Shown: positions 19,313 to 27,904 of the stretch, in pieces
How the letters are laid out: each line of letters opens with the position of its first letter
Position numbering within the stretch: position 1 is the stretch's first letter
Assembly (NCBI GenBank): GCA_965216465.1
Contig: CBDCFW010000006.1
Span: forward strand, 224,001 to 288,000
Reading direction: 5' to 3'
Length of the DNA stretch: 64,000 bases
Source: Bacteroidia bacterium
GTDB lineage: Bacteria > Bacteroidota > Bacteroidia > NS11-12g > UBA9320
Notes under the pieces: model-generated
The model's database searches: none
The model's input: the letters and a program-made list of their open reading frames with translations, nothing else
Told to the model about the DNA's origin: nothing
Program-made: the position numbers and the translations under genes

Positions 19313-19846
19313 ATGGAAGAAACTAACGAAACCGAACAAACAAATCAATTTAACCAATTTGACACTCCTCCTAAAGTGAGACCCACCTTTTTAACCATTC
19401 TCTGCATTCTTACTTTTATTGGAAGTGGCTATGGCATTATTGATGCAATAACCAACTACACTGCGGCAGATACAGCCGGCGAAATGGTTGAACTTGTTGA
19501 CGAACAGATCGACGAAGAAATGGACAATGATAACATGTCTGATTCTGAGAAAAGAATGGTCGAAAACCTCATGGGAGGCTTTTCAGAATCACTAACTGCA
19601 GATAACATCAGAATGATGTCTATACTAAAAATAATTTCTTGTATCATGACATTAGCAGGTGCCATACTTATGTGGAACCTTCGAAAACCTGGATATTACT
19701 TGTATATCGCTGGAATCGCGACCCTCGTTATTGGCTACATTGCCATTTTTGGTGGGCTTGTTGGAGCTATCGCAGCTGGTGCATCTGGATTTTTTGGCGT
19801 TCTCTTTATTATCCTTTACGGACTTAATGTTAAACACATGAATTAA
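19313..19846 (+). CDS. Hypothetical four-TM membrane protein
   Basis: RPTFLTILCILTFIGSG and GAILMWNLRKPGYYLY, with an acidic loop after TM1. Confidence 0.75.
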   Translation: MEETNETEQTNQFNQFDTPPKVRPTFLTILCILTFIGSGYGIIDAITNYTAADTAGEMVELVDEQIDEEMDNDNMSDSEKRMVENLMGGFSESLTADNIRMMSILKIISCIMTLAGAILMWNLRKPGYYLYIAGIATLVIGYIAIFGGLVGAIAAGASGFFGVLFIILYGLNVKHMN

Positions 19847-19865
19847 AACAACATTATCTTATAAT

Positions 19866-19901
19866 AAAAGGGATGCGGAATTATATTCGCATCCCTTTTT
19901 T
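19866..19901 (+). terminator. Intrinsic terminator
   Basis: aaaagggatgcgga-atta-ta-ttcgcatccc hairpin followed by a T6 tract. Confidence 0.85.
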
Positions 19902-19922
19902 AGTTGTTGAGCGCAACATTGA

Positions 19923-22900
19923 ATGAACAGTAGAGAATTTGTACAGCTCTTTAATGAATATCCGATTTTTTCTGAATTGGAGCAGGAGCTTATTGCCGGA
20001 AAAACCAGGATTGGCATTTCTGGAAGCATTGGATCACATAAAGCACTTCTTTTTAACCACCTCTTTTCGCGATTGAATAAAAGCATCATCGTCGTTTGCG
20101 ATGATGAAGAAAAGGCAGAATACTTGTACGCCGACATTTGTGTTTTTACTGACCACAACTATGTATTTCTTTGGAGAGACTCTTTTAGAAAAAGTTTTAA
20201 CCTTACATCTTCAGACGCCTCCAAATTGCAAGCAAATGCCAGCGTACTGGATCACCTGGCCGACCTTGACAAACCTAAGATTGTAGTAACTTACCCTGAG
20301 GCTATTGCTGAAAAAATCATCAAACAAGAAGATTTTGAGCGAAGCAAGCTAGTGTTTAAAGTAGGAGAAGAAGTCGATCTAGATTTTTTAATCGAAGTAC
20401 TAAACGAATATGGTTTTTATCGCGAAGACTTTGTTTATGAGCCGGGTCAATTCTCAATTCGTGGGGGCATTATTGACTTATTTTCTTATGCGAGCGACTT
20501 CCCCTTTAGACTTGAACTCGACGGGCGGTCGATTGAATCTATACGTGAGTTCGACCCCATCAGTCAGCTTTCAACAAAAAAACTTATTCGCGCAACGGTC
20601 GTTCCTAATGTTCAAGAAAGCATCCAAAGCACCTCGCAAACTTCAATTTTTAGCTATCTAGGTAAAAAACCAATACTTGTAGGCATCAACCTACCACTTG
20701 TTTTTGACAAGATTAACAAAGGTTTGCTAAAGGCTGCTGATACCGAAACTGAAGAATTAACATTAGAGAAAGTATACTTTGAAGAAGAACAGATTGCCAA
20801 TTTAATTCATAAGCTTCAGGTTGTTGAATTTAGCAGCCAAACGTTCTTTCGGCCATCAGTAAAGTTACAGTTTAACCAAGTTCCGCAACCCCCAGTCAAT
20901 AAGAACTTTAATCTACTAATTGACACCCTTAAATCTCAGAAAGAAAAGGGATATGAAACCTTAATATTTTCAGAAAGCAGCAAACAAATTGAACGTCTCG
21001 AAAGCATATTTGATGACCTGAATGCGGGATACAATATAAATCCCATTTACAAGAATCTGAGCGAAGGATTCATTGATCACGATTTAAAAGTTGCGGCCTA
21101 CACCGAACACCAGATATTTAACAGATATTACCTAGCTAAGTCCGGAAAACGTGTCTCAACCTCAGGCGCTTTATCTTTAAAAGAAATTAAAGACCTCAAC
21201 CCAGGTGACTATGTCGTTCATATTGATCACGGAATCGGGCAATTCAAAGGTCTACAACGAATGGAGATGGGTGGAAAGATGCAAGAAGCAGTTCGTTTAG
21301 AATATAAAAATGGAGATCTACTCTATTTGAACATCGGATCACTCTATAAGATTTCAAAGTTTAAAGGCAAAGATGGCCAGGAACCTAAAATCAACAAACT
21401 GGGTAGCGATGCATGGACCAACCTCAAACGTAAAACTAAAAAACAGGTTAAAGACATTGCTCGTGACTTGATAAAGCTTTATGCAAAAAGAAAAGCTGAA
21501 AAAGGATTTCAATATTCTCCTGACTCCTATTTGCAGACAGAACTAGAAGCCAGCTTCATGTACGAAGATACTCCCGACCAGGCAACAGCAACTGAAGATG
21601 TTAAGAGAGACATGGAGGGCGAAAACCCAATGGATCGCTTAGTCTGTGGCGATGTAGGTTTTGGTAAAACAGAGGTCGCTATTAGAGCAGCCTTTAAAGC
21701 AGTCTGCGACAGCAAGCAGGTAGCCATTCTAGTACCCACAACCATCTTGGCCCAACAGCATTATCACACATTCAGAGATCGATTACGTGACTTTCCTTGT
21801 ACTGTTGACTACATCAACAGATTCCGCTCGGCTAAACAACAAACCGAAACTTTAAAGAAACTTAAAGAAGGAAAAGTTGATATCATAATTGGAACGCACA
21901 AACTGCTCAATAAGAAAACGGAGTTTAATGATCTTGGACTGCTTATTATTGACGAAGAACAGAAATTTGGGGTAAGTGCAAAAGAGAGATTGAAGGAATT
22001 TAGAGCCAATGTAGACAGCTTAACACTAACCGCAACACCAATTCCACGGACGCTCCATTTCTCATTGATGGGTGCTCGAGATTTGAGCATCATTCAAACA
22101 CCACCAGCAAATAGAAGGCCCGTACAAACCGAAGTACAAGTTTGGAATAATGACATCATTGAGGAAGCTGTGAGCAATGAACTTGCTCGAGGAGGGCAAG
22201 CTTTTGTTATTCATAATCGTGTTAAAGACATCAACGAAGTTGCTCATAAAATTAGAGAGCTCGTACCCCATGCTCGTGTAATAGTTGGTCACGGCCAAAT
22301 GAAAGGTCACGAGCTTGAAGAAGTAATGGTTCAATTCATAGAAGGTGAATACGATGTATTAGTGGCTACTACAATTATTGAAAGTGGACTCGACATTCCA
22401 AATGCAAATACCATTATCATCAATAACGCCCACATGTTTGGCTTGAGCGATCTTCATCAAATGAGAGGACGAGTTGGGCGTAGCAATGTGAAAGCCTATT
22501 GCTACCTGCTGGCTCCTCCTGTTTATACCTTACCTGAAGATGGGCGAAGAAGGTTGCAAGCCATTGAAGAATTTTCTGACCTTGGAAGTGGATTCAATGT
22601 AGCAATGCGCGACTTGGATATTCGTGGTGCAGGAAATCTCCTTGGAGCTGAGCAAAGCGGATTTATTTCTGAAATTGGATTTCAGATGTACCACAAAATT
22701 CTCGACGAAGCCATTGCCGAACTTAGAGAAACTGAATTCAAAGGAGTACTCGATGATGAGCCAGAGCCAGAATTATTTATTGAATGTACGGTTGAACCTG
22801 ATTTTGTTGCTCTTTTACCTGACAGCTACGTTAATAATGTTGCTGAACGTATTAATCTTTATACCCGACTATCAGAAATAAACGACCTTGATAGACTATA

Positions 22901-23228
22901 CACCTTTAGAAAGCAGCTTGAAGATCGCTTCGGAGAAATGCCCAAACAGGTGCAAGATTTAATGTTTACCGTTGAACTAAAAATCTATGCTCAACGACTT
23001 TTTGCTGAAAAAGTGAAGACTAAAGAAAGTGAGATTTACTTATTCTTTAACAACGATCTTGGTGAAAAATTCTATCAAGCTCCAATTTTTAATACCATTT
23101 TGCAGAAAGTGAACACCGAGCCTCGAAATTTCAGCTTTAAACAAGGAAAACAGCACTTAATCCTTGCTATCAAAGGGTTTAACAGCATCAAAGAAAGCCT
23201 AAACAACCTCAAACAAATCAGAGAATAG
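19923..23228 (+). CDS. mfd: Transcription-repair coupling factor Mfd
   Basis: GQFSIRGGIID, GDYVVHIDHGIG (RID domain), DRLVCGDVGFGKTEVA, DEEQKFG, TATPIPRTL, QMRGRVGRS and DLDIRGAGNLLG. Confidence 0.97.
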   Translation: MNSREFVQLFNEYPIFSELEQELIAGKTRIGISGSIGSHKALLFNHLFSRLNKSIIVVCDDEEKAEYLYADICVFTDHNYVFLWRDSFRKSFNLTSSDASKLQANASVLDHLADLDKPKIVVTYPEAIAEKIIKQEDFERSKLVFKVGEEVDLDFLIEVLNEYGFYREDFVYEPGQFSIRGGIIDLFSYASDFPFRLELDGRSIESIREFDPISQLSTKKLIRATVVPNVQESIQSTSQTSIFSYLGKKPILVGINLPLVFDKINKGLLKAADTETEELTLEKVYFEEEQIANLIHKLQVVEFSSQTFFRPSVKLQFNQVPQPPVNKNFNLLIDTLKSQKEKGYETLIFSESSKQIERLESIFDDLNAGYNINPIYKNLSEGFIDHDLKVAAYTEHQIFNRYYLAKSGKRVSTSGALSLKEIKDLNPGDYVVHIDHGIGQFKGLQRMEMGGKMQEAVRLEYKNGDLLYLNIGSLYKISKFKGKDGQEPKINKLGSDAWTNLKRKTKKQVKDIARDLIKLYAKRKAEKGFQYSPDSYLQTELEASFMYEDTPDQATATEDVKRDMEGENPMDRLVCGDVGFGKTEVAIRAAFKAVCDSKQVAILVPTTILAQQHYHTFRDRLRDFPCTVDYINRFRSAKQQTETLKKLKEGKVDIIIGTHKLLNKKTEFNDLGLLIIDEEQKFGVSAKERLKEFRANVDSLTLTATPIPRTLHFSLMGARDLSIIQTPPANRRPVQTEVQVWNNDIIEEAVSNELARGGQAFVIHNRVKDINEVAHKIRELVPHARVIVGHGQMKGHELEEVMVQFIEGEYDVLVATTIIESGLDIPNANTIIINNAHMFGLSDLHQMRGRVGRSNVKAYCYLLAPPVYTLPEDGRRRLQAIEEFSDLGSGFNVAMRDLDIRGAGNLLGAEQSGFISEIGFQMYHKILDEAIAELRETEFKGVLDDEPEPELFIECTVEPDFVALLPDSYVNNVAERINLYTRLSEINDLDRLYTFRKQLEDRFGEMPKQVQDLMFTVELKIYAQRLFAEKVKTKESEIYLFFNNDLGEKFYQAPIFNTILQKVNTEPRNFSFKQGKQHLILAIKGFNSIKESLNNLKQIRE

Positions 23229-23371
23229 TCCCATTTTGGGAATATTTTTATTCATTTTGAGACTTTTTACAATAAAAATTTGGTTTTATCGTATTAGTCG
23301 TTTTTACTTTGTAGTAAGAATTTAACGGTACATATATTGTACTAAACTACTACTACTTAAAACTACTGCCG

Positions 23372-23518
23372 ATGAAAGCACTTCGAAAAATACTACTTGT
23401 CCAGCTATTTTTTATGACAGTGTTATTTACCGCAAACATTCTGATCTCAATGAAGATGAAATCAGAATCTCAATTAATCGTAAAGACTGAGAAAATTTTT
23501 ACAAACCCTGATTACTAA
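23372..23518 (+). CDS. Putative 48-aa hydrophobic small protein (below the ORF-track cutoff)
   Basis: MKALRKILLVQLFFMTVLFTANILISMKMKSESQLIVKTEKIFTNPDY*. A near-consensus promoter lies upstream (TTTG ~23279, TTACTTTG 23304-23311), with an A/C-rich leader and a terminator at the stop. Confidence 0.5.
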   Translation: MKALRKILLVQLFFMTVLFTANILISMKMKSESQLIVKTEKIFTNPDY

Positions 23519-23532
23519 GTCAGGGTTTTTTT
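23503..23532. terminator. Probable bidirectional intrinsic terminator
   Basis: aaaccctga-ttactaag-tcagggttt followed by a T-run, between the small ORF (+) and kynU (-). The T-tract is stronger on the + strand. Confidence 0.75.
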
Positions 23533-24793
23533 ATGAAAAGGATTTTAGCAGTTGGCCAAATTCCCAAACATCCATAAAAGAATTGTATAATGGAACGGGA
23601 GCTAAGCGTATAACATTCGGTTCTCTCCAATCGGCTATCACGTCGTTTTCAGTTAGATAATCAAACAACGCTTTGCCATTATCAGCAACCAACATTGATA
23701 GTTGGCATCCTCGCTCTTCTGGAGTGATGATTTCAAACTCTAATTTAGGATTAGACTCTTGAGCATCACGAACAACAAATTCAAGGAAACTATTAAGCTT
23801 CTTACCTTTTTCGACAAGAGCATCCATTCCTACTTCATCAAATATTTCTAACGAAGCTTTATGTGCTGCCATCGGAAGCACTGGTGCATTACTTAGTTGC
23901 CAACCCGCAGCCCCTGGCTCAGGAATATAGCCACGCTTCATTTGAAAACGTTCTGACTCCTTGTGTCCCCACCAACCTGCAAATCGAGGTGTGTCAGGAT
24001 TGTTTCCATGTTTCTCGTGAACAAATACCCCGGATACGCCTCCTGGGCCTGAATTCATGTATTTATACGTACACCATGCTGCAAAATCAACACCCCAATT
24101 GTGGAGCTCCATCTTAATGTTACCTGCTGCATGTGCACAATCAAACCCTGCAATCGCTCCAACTTTATGCGCGGCTTCCGTTAGGGCTGGTATGTTAAAA
24201 GCTTGACCTGTATAGTATTGAACTCCACTAAAGAACAATAACGCTAACTCATCTCCTACCTCATCAATTTTTGCTAAAATATCCTCGGTACGCAATGCAT
24301 GCTCCCCTTCACGTGGTGTCATTTCAATAACCGCATCGTCGTAATCAAAACCATGATGCTTAACTTGACTTTCGATAACATACATATCACTTGGGAAGGC
24401 TCCGGCTTCCATGATAATCTTGTATCGCTTTTCTGTGGGTCTGTAGAAACTAACCAAAAGTAGATGAAGATTTACAGTAAGGTTATTCATCACTACCACT
24501 TCCTCAGGCTTGGCTCCAACAACATTTGCTTCTTGTTTGAAAAAATGATGGTATGAGAACCATGGATTCTTACCATGAAAATGACCTTCGACACCAAATT
24601 TTCGCCAATCTTCCAATTCCTGATTCAAAAAATCGCTTACTGATTTCGGCTGTAATCCCAAAGAATTCCCAGTGAAATACAACTGCTCAGAACGCGTTTT
24701 TCCTGGAGGCATATAAAACTTACTTCGGTAAGCTTTTAATGGATCCTGATGATCTAAATTTTCAGCGAATTCTCTTTGATTGGTCATTTGCAT
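23531..24793 (-). CDS. kynU: Kynureninase
   Basis: YFTGNSLGLQP, VVMNNLTVNLHL, FPSD.Y, FDCAHAAGN, WCTYKYMNSGPG (PLP Lys), FAGWWGH and IRLAPVPLYNSF. Start could be 24787, 24793 or 24820. Confidence 0.93.
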   Translation of the reverse strand: MQMTNQREFAENLDHQDPLKAYRSKFYMPPGKTRSEQLYFTGNSLGLQPKSVSDFLNQELEDWRKFGVEGHFHGKNPWFSYHHFFKQEANVVGAKPEEVVVMNNLTVNLHLLLVSFYRPTEKRYKIIMEAGAFPSDMYVIESQVKHHGFDYDDAVIEMTPREGEHALRTEDILAKIDEVGDELALLFFSGVQYYTGQAFNIPALTEAAHKVGAIAGFDCAHAAGNIKMELHNWGVDFAAWCTYKYMNSGPGGVSGVFVHEKHGNNPDTPRFAGWWGHKESERFQMKRGYIPEPGAAGWQLSNAPVLPMAAHKASLEIFDEVGMDALVEKGKKLNSFLEFVVRDAQESNPKLEFEIITPEERGCQLSMLVADNGKALFDYLTENDVIADWREPNVIRLAPVPLYNSFMDVWEFGQLLKSFS

Positions 24794-24830
24794 ATGCAAA
24801 TAAAGCGACACCTCCTTCAATTCAAAAATA

Positions 24831-25442
24831 TTATTGAAATAGCCTTAGATATTTTCCGCTTCGGTAGGCAAGACCGTCTGAAGTTATGTATTGATACGAG
24901 CAATTGAACACAACTTCATGGCAATCGTTGATCACTCCATATTGATCATTTTTTCGAACAATAATTCGTTCTAAACTTAAGATTCTTGGTGGCAAGTCAT
25001 AAATACATGGCACACGTTGATCACCAAACGTATCGTATATACCCCAAAGACCTTCATGCGATTGAACAAGGATGAGGCCCAATTTTGGTAACCGAACTTG
25101 AAAGAAAGCTAGTGGAACAACCAATTGCATTTTGGCATTTATTATACTCCGATGCGTGCTATCTCCAACCAGAGCATACCCATCTTTAAAGTTTCCTGCC
25201 TCAACAAACACGTAAGGACTTAAGTCATTTCCATTTTCATCGATATATGCGTACAAATCACCCTTAGCAACAAAGGCTTTGCCTTCAGAAAGTTCACTAA
25301 TCTCAGAGTAGACAAAATCTGTAATGACTGCAGAATCTTTGACAATAGCCATTTTGCCATTGTTGGGATGTTTCTTCATATCCCAAACTTGACTATATCC
25401 ATAAATGGCAAGAAAACATGCTATGAAACTAATAATTCTCAA
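24831..25442 (-). CDS. WG-repeat exported protein
   Basis: Signal peptide; repeats such as LSEGKAFV...YAYIDENG, FKDGYALV, LWGIYD and QYGVIN. Confidence 0.72.
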   Translation of the reverse strand: MRIISFIACFLAIYGYSQVWDMKKHPNNGKMAIVKDSAVITDFVYSEISELSEGKAFVAKGDLYAYIDENGNDLSPYVFVEAGNFKDGYALVGDSTHRSIINAKMQLVVPLAFFQVRLPKLGLILVQSHEGLWGIYDTFGDQRVPCIYDLPPRILSLERIIVRKNDQYGVINDCHEVVFNCSYQYITSDGLAYRSGKYLRLFQ

Positions 25443-25966
25443 TCTACTCGCTCAAATTCAAGTTTATCACCAATAAACCACTTGTCTATTAAGACTATGG
25501 CTATATACCTCATCTCGTACTCCTTTTTCCGCTTTTTCAGGTGCATGGTCACATAACAAAAACGATTGCCCTCTTCATCTTCACCAAAGTCATACTCGGT
25601 AGACTCGAGGTTTAAATGCCGGAACTTGACCTTCGCTTTTTCGTTCTTTTTTAGAATTTTACGGTAGTCTTTTTGAAGTCCACGAAGTAACATCTGCTGC
25701 CGAACCAAAACCTTATTGTCAGTATACTCAACATCGAGCGTATCGAATGTTGCTTTTAGATACCTCATAGTCGGCACAAACTTTTTCATAGATGAAATGT
25801 CTTGTAATTTTATCTCGCTGTAAAAAGAATCAACAAGTACCGGAAGTGAATCATATAACAATGGCTGACCCACATTGCTATCCGGTCGATGATCTTGCAA
25901 AACATAAAGCTGTGCGAAAGATAAATTGGAGACTAACAACAACGCTATGTAAAGAAATCGTTTCAC
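25439..25966 (-). CDS. Hypothetical exported protein
   Basis: GTG start and signal peptide (..LSFA|Q). Overlaps the next gene by 4 nt; -7 box at 25980-25987. Confidence 0.7.
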   Translation of the reverse strand: MKRFLYIALLLVSNLSFAQLYVLQDHRPDSNVGQPLLYDSLPVLVDSFYSEIKLQDISSMKKFVPTMRYLKATFDTLDVEYTDNKVLVRQQMLLRGLQKDYRKILKKNEKAKVKFRHLNLESTEYDFGEDEEGNRFCYVTMHLKKRKKEYEMRYIAIVLIDKWFIGDKLEFERVD

Positions 25967-26094
25967 TGTTCTAATAACGCAAATTTAAAACCATTTGTAC
26001 CTCGAAACACAATATTCGACCAAACAAGAGCTTCGTGCATCTTTTTTACAAATTCATGAGTCCATTATATGTACTGTTTTTTAGTATTTAAATT

Positions 26095-26126
26095 GGGGAG
26101 TGAGTGAAACAACTCACCCCCTTTTT
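26095..26126 (+). terminator. Orphan intrinsic terminator in a divergent intergenic region
   Basis: gggg-a-gtgagt-gaaaca-actcac-cccc followed by c-ttttt. No long + strand gene lies upstream. Confidence 0.6.
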
Positions 26127-26207
26127 AGGCTCTACATAACTAACCCCCGAATTAATCCCCACAATCTGCCTTTTGTTGTCTCTATGATGATTTAAGTAAT
26201 AGTTCGC

Positions 26208-26215
26208 TAAGTTTG
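26208..26215 (+). promoter_or_regulatory. Sigma-A -7 box (TAAGTTTG) for the metal ABC operon
   Basis: Exact TAnnTTTG match 4 nt before ATG 26220. Confidence 0.55.
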
Positions 26216-26219
26216 CCAT

Positions 26220-27125
26220 ATGAGAAAATTCGCATTAATTCTTCTCGCCGTTGTATTTAGCTTTGTTTCATGTCAGAAAACTGAGGACGACGGTCGAATT
26301 ACGATTGTAACCACAACAGGAATAATTGGAGATTGCGTAGAACAAATAGTTGGGGACAAAGCCGAAGTCGTTTCGCTAATGGGAGCAGGCGTCGACCCGC
26401 ATTTATACAAAGCATCACAAGGAGATATCGTAAAATTATCATCAGCAGATGTTATAATCTACAATGGGCTACATCTTGAGGGCAAAATGGCTCAGATGTT
26501 AGAAAATTACAGCGAATCAAAACCAACCTTCGCAATTGGGAATTATGTGCACCAAGATCAACTTAAAAAAGTAGATAATACATCAGATTTAGTTGACCCT
26601 CACATTTGGTTTAATCCACAATTATGGCTCCAAGGTCTTGGAGGCATCGCTAAAGAACTTGACAAAATTGAAGGTCTAGATAGCATTTATGAAAACTACA
26701 TGGTCTACGCCCAGCAAATTCTAGAAATAGAGCAAGGACTAAAAGAGCAACTCAATACGACACTGCGTGAAGAAAGCAGAATATTAATTACTTCACATGA
26801 TGCTTTTGCTTACTTTGGTGACGCATTTTCGTTTAAAGTGAGAGGACTACAAGGAATCAGCACCGCTGCAGAATATGGAGCCAAAGATGTAAAAGACCTC
26901 ATTGATTTCATTGTTGAGAATAACATAAAATCTGTATTTGTGGAGACCAGCGTATCAAATAAAAATCTTGAAGCCGTGCTGGAAGGAGCGAATGCAAGAG
27001 GGTATTCGCTTCAAATTGGTGGAACGTTATTCAGTGATGCTTTAGGCGAACAAGGCAAGCCGGCAGGAACCTACAAAGGCATGCTTGAACAGAATATAAA
27101 AACTATAATAAACGGACTCAAATGA
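26220..27125 (+). CDS. troA: Mn/Zn/Fe ABC transporter solute-binding lipoprotein (TroA-like)
   Basis: Lipobox FVSC; GVDPHLY, NGLHLEG, DPHIWF, TSHDAFAYF and LFSDALG metal-ligand motifs. Confidence 0.9.
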   Translation: MRKFALILLAVVFSFVSCQKTEDDGRITIVTTTGIIGDCVEQIVGDKAEVVSLMGAGVDPHLYKASQGDIVKLSSADVIIYNGLHLEGKMAQMLENYSESKPTFAIGNYVHQDQLKKVDNTSDLVDPHIWFNPQLWLQGLGGIAKELDKIEGLDSIYENYMVYAQQILEIEQGLKEQLNTTLREESRILITSHDAFAYFGDAFSFKVRGLQGISTAAEYGAKDVKDLIDFIVENNIKSVFVETSVSNKNLEAVLEGANARGYSLQIGGTLFSDALGEQGKPAGTYKGMLEQNIKTIINGLK

Positions 27126-27904
27126 CAAAGCGATCTCCTATAGTTGAAGCCCATAACCTTACCGTTTTGTATGGTAGAAAGCCTGCATTGTGGAATGTAG
27201 ATTTCAGCCTCCCGCACCAGCAAGTAATAGGTATTATGGGACCTAACGGAAGTGGCAAAAGCACATTACTTAAATCGATTATGGGTGTTGTTGAACCAAC
27301 ATCAGGATTCACTAAGGTCTACGACCAAGAATTAGATCAAGTTCGAGAAAAAGTAAGCTATGTTCCTCAGCGGCAAGACATCGATTGGGATTTTCCTGCT
27401 AGCGTTTGGGAAATTGTCGCCATGGGCCGATATCAAAAAAGAGGATTGCTCAATAAACTTACCTCTGAAGACAAAGACATTGTAGCCCAGAGTCTTGAAA
27501 AAGTAAACATGTTAGGCTATAGCAAACGTCAAATATCACAGCTTTCGGGTGGACAACAACAACGTGTATTTTTAGCCAGGGCACTCGCTCAACAAGGCGA
27601 TTTATTCTTAATGGATGAACCATTTGCAGGAGTAGATATTGCAACAGAAGAAATGATAGTAGACTTGCTAAAAGAAATGAAAACAGCAGGTAAAACATTG
27701 ATCATTGTTCACCACGATTTACATACCGCTCAATCTTATTTCGATTGGCTGGTCTTATTGAATACGCGATTGGTTGCGTGCGGACCGATTCAAGATGTTT
27801 TCACTGATAAAATCCTCACAGACACATACGGCGGTAAGCTAACTACCATTGCAAAAATCAGTCAAGAATTAGAAAACAAAGACTTTCCAATTCGCCATAA
27901 ATGA
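27122..27904 (+). CDS. troB: Metal ABC transporter ATP-binding protein (TroB-like)
   Basis: Walker A GPNGSGKST, YVPQR..IDWDFP, LSGGQQQRVFLARAL, DEPF and VHHDL. Confidence 0.92.
   Translation: MTKRSPIVEAHNLTVLYGRKPALWNVDFSLPHQQVIGIMGPNGSGKSTLLKSIMGVVEPTSGFTKVYDQELDQVREKVSYVPQRQDIDWDFPASVWEIVAMGRYQKRGLLNKLTSEDKDIVAQSLEKVNMLGYSKRQISQLSGGQQQRVFLARALAQQGDLFLMDEPFAGVDIATEEMIVDLLKEMKTAGKTLIIVHHDLHTAQSYFDWLVLLNTRLVACGPIQDVFTDKILTDTYGGKLTTIAKISQELENKDFPIRHK

Noticed and set aside
23341-23367. (ACT)n run as a phase-variable microsatellite or CRISPR remnant
   Set aside because: Only 3-4 perfect units and no repeat-spacer periodicity. No cas genes in the window.
25963-26040. 25-codon minus-strand ORF (MHEALVWSNIVF...) overlapping the start of the 25966 gene
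   Set aside because: It spans that gene's own -7 box and has no supporting features; probably chance.
26124-26143. DtxR/TroR operator (tttaggctctacataactaa)
   Set aside because: Only a TTAGG half-site with no convincing dyad symmetry.
26085-26200. yybP-ykoY (Mn) riboswitch, suggested by GGGGAGT upstream of a metal transporter
   Set aside because: The GGGGAG is the 5' arm of a simple terminator hairpin, and the other conserved aptamer elements are not visible.
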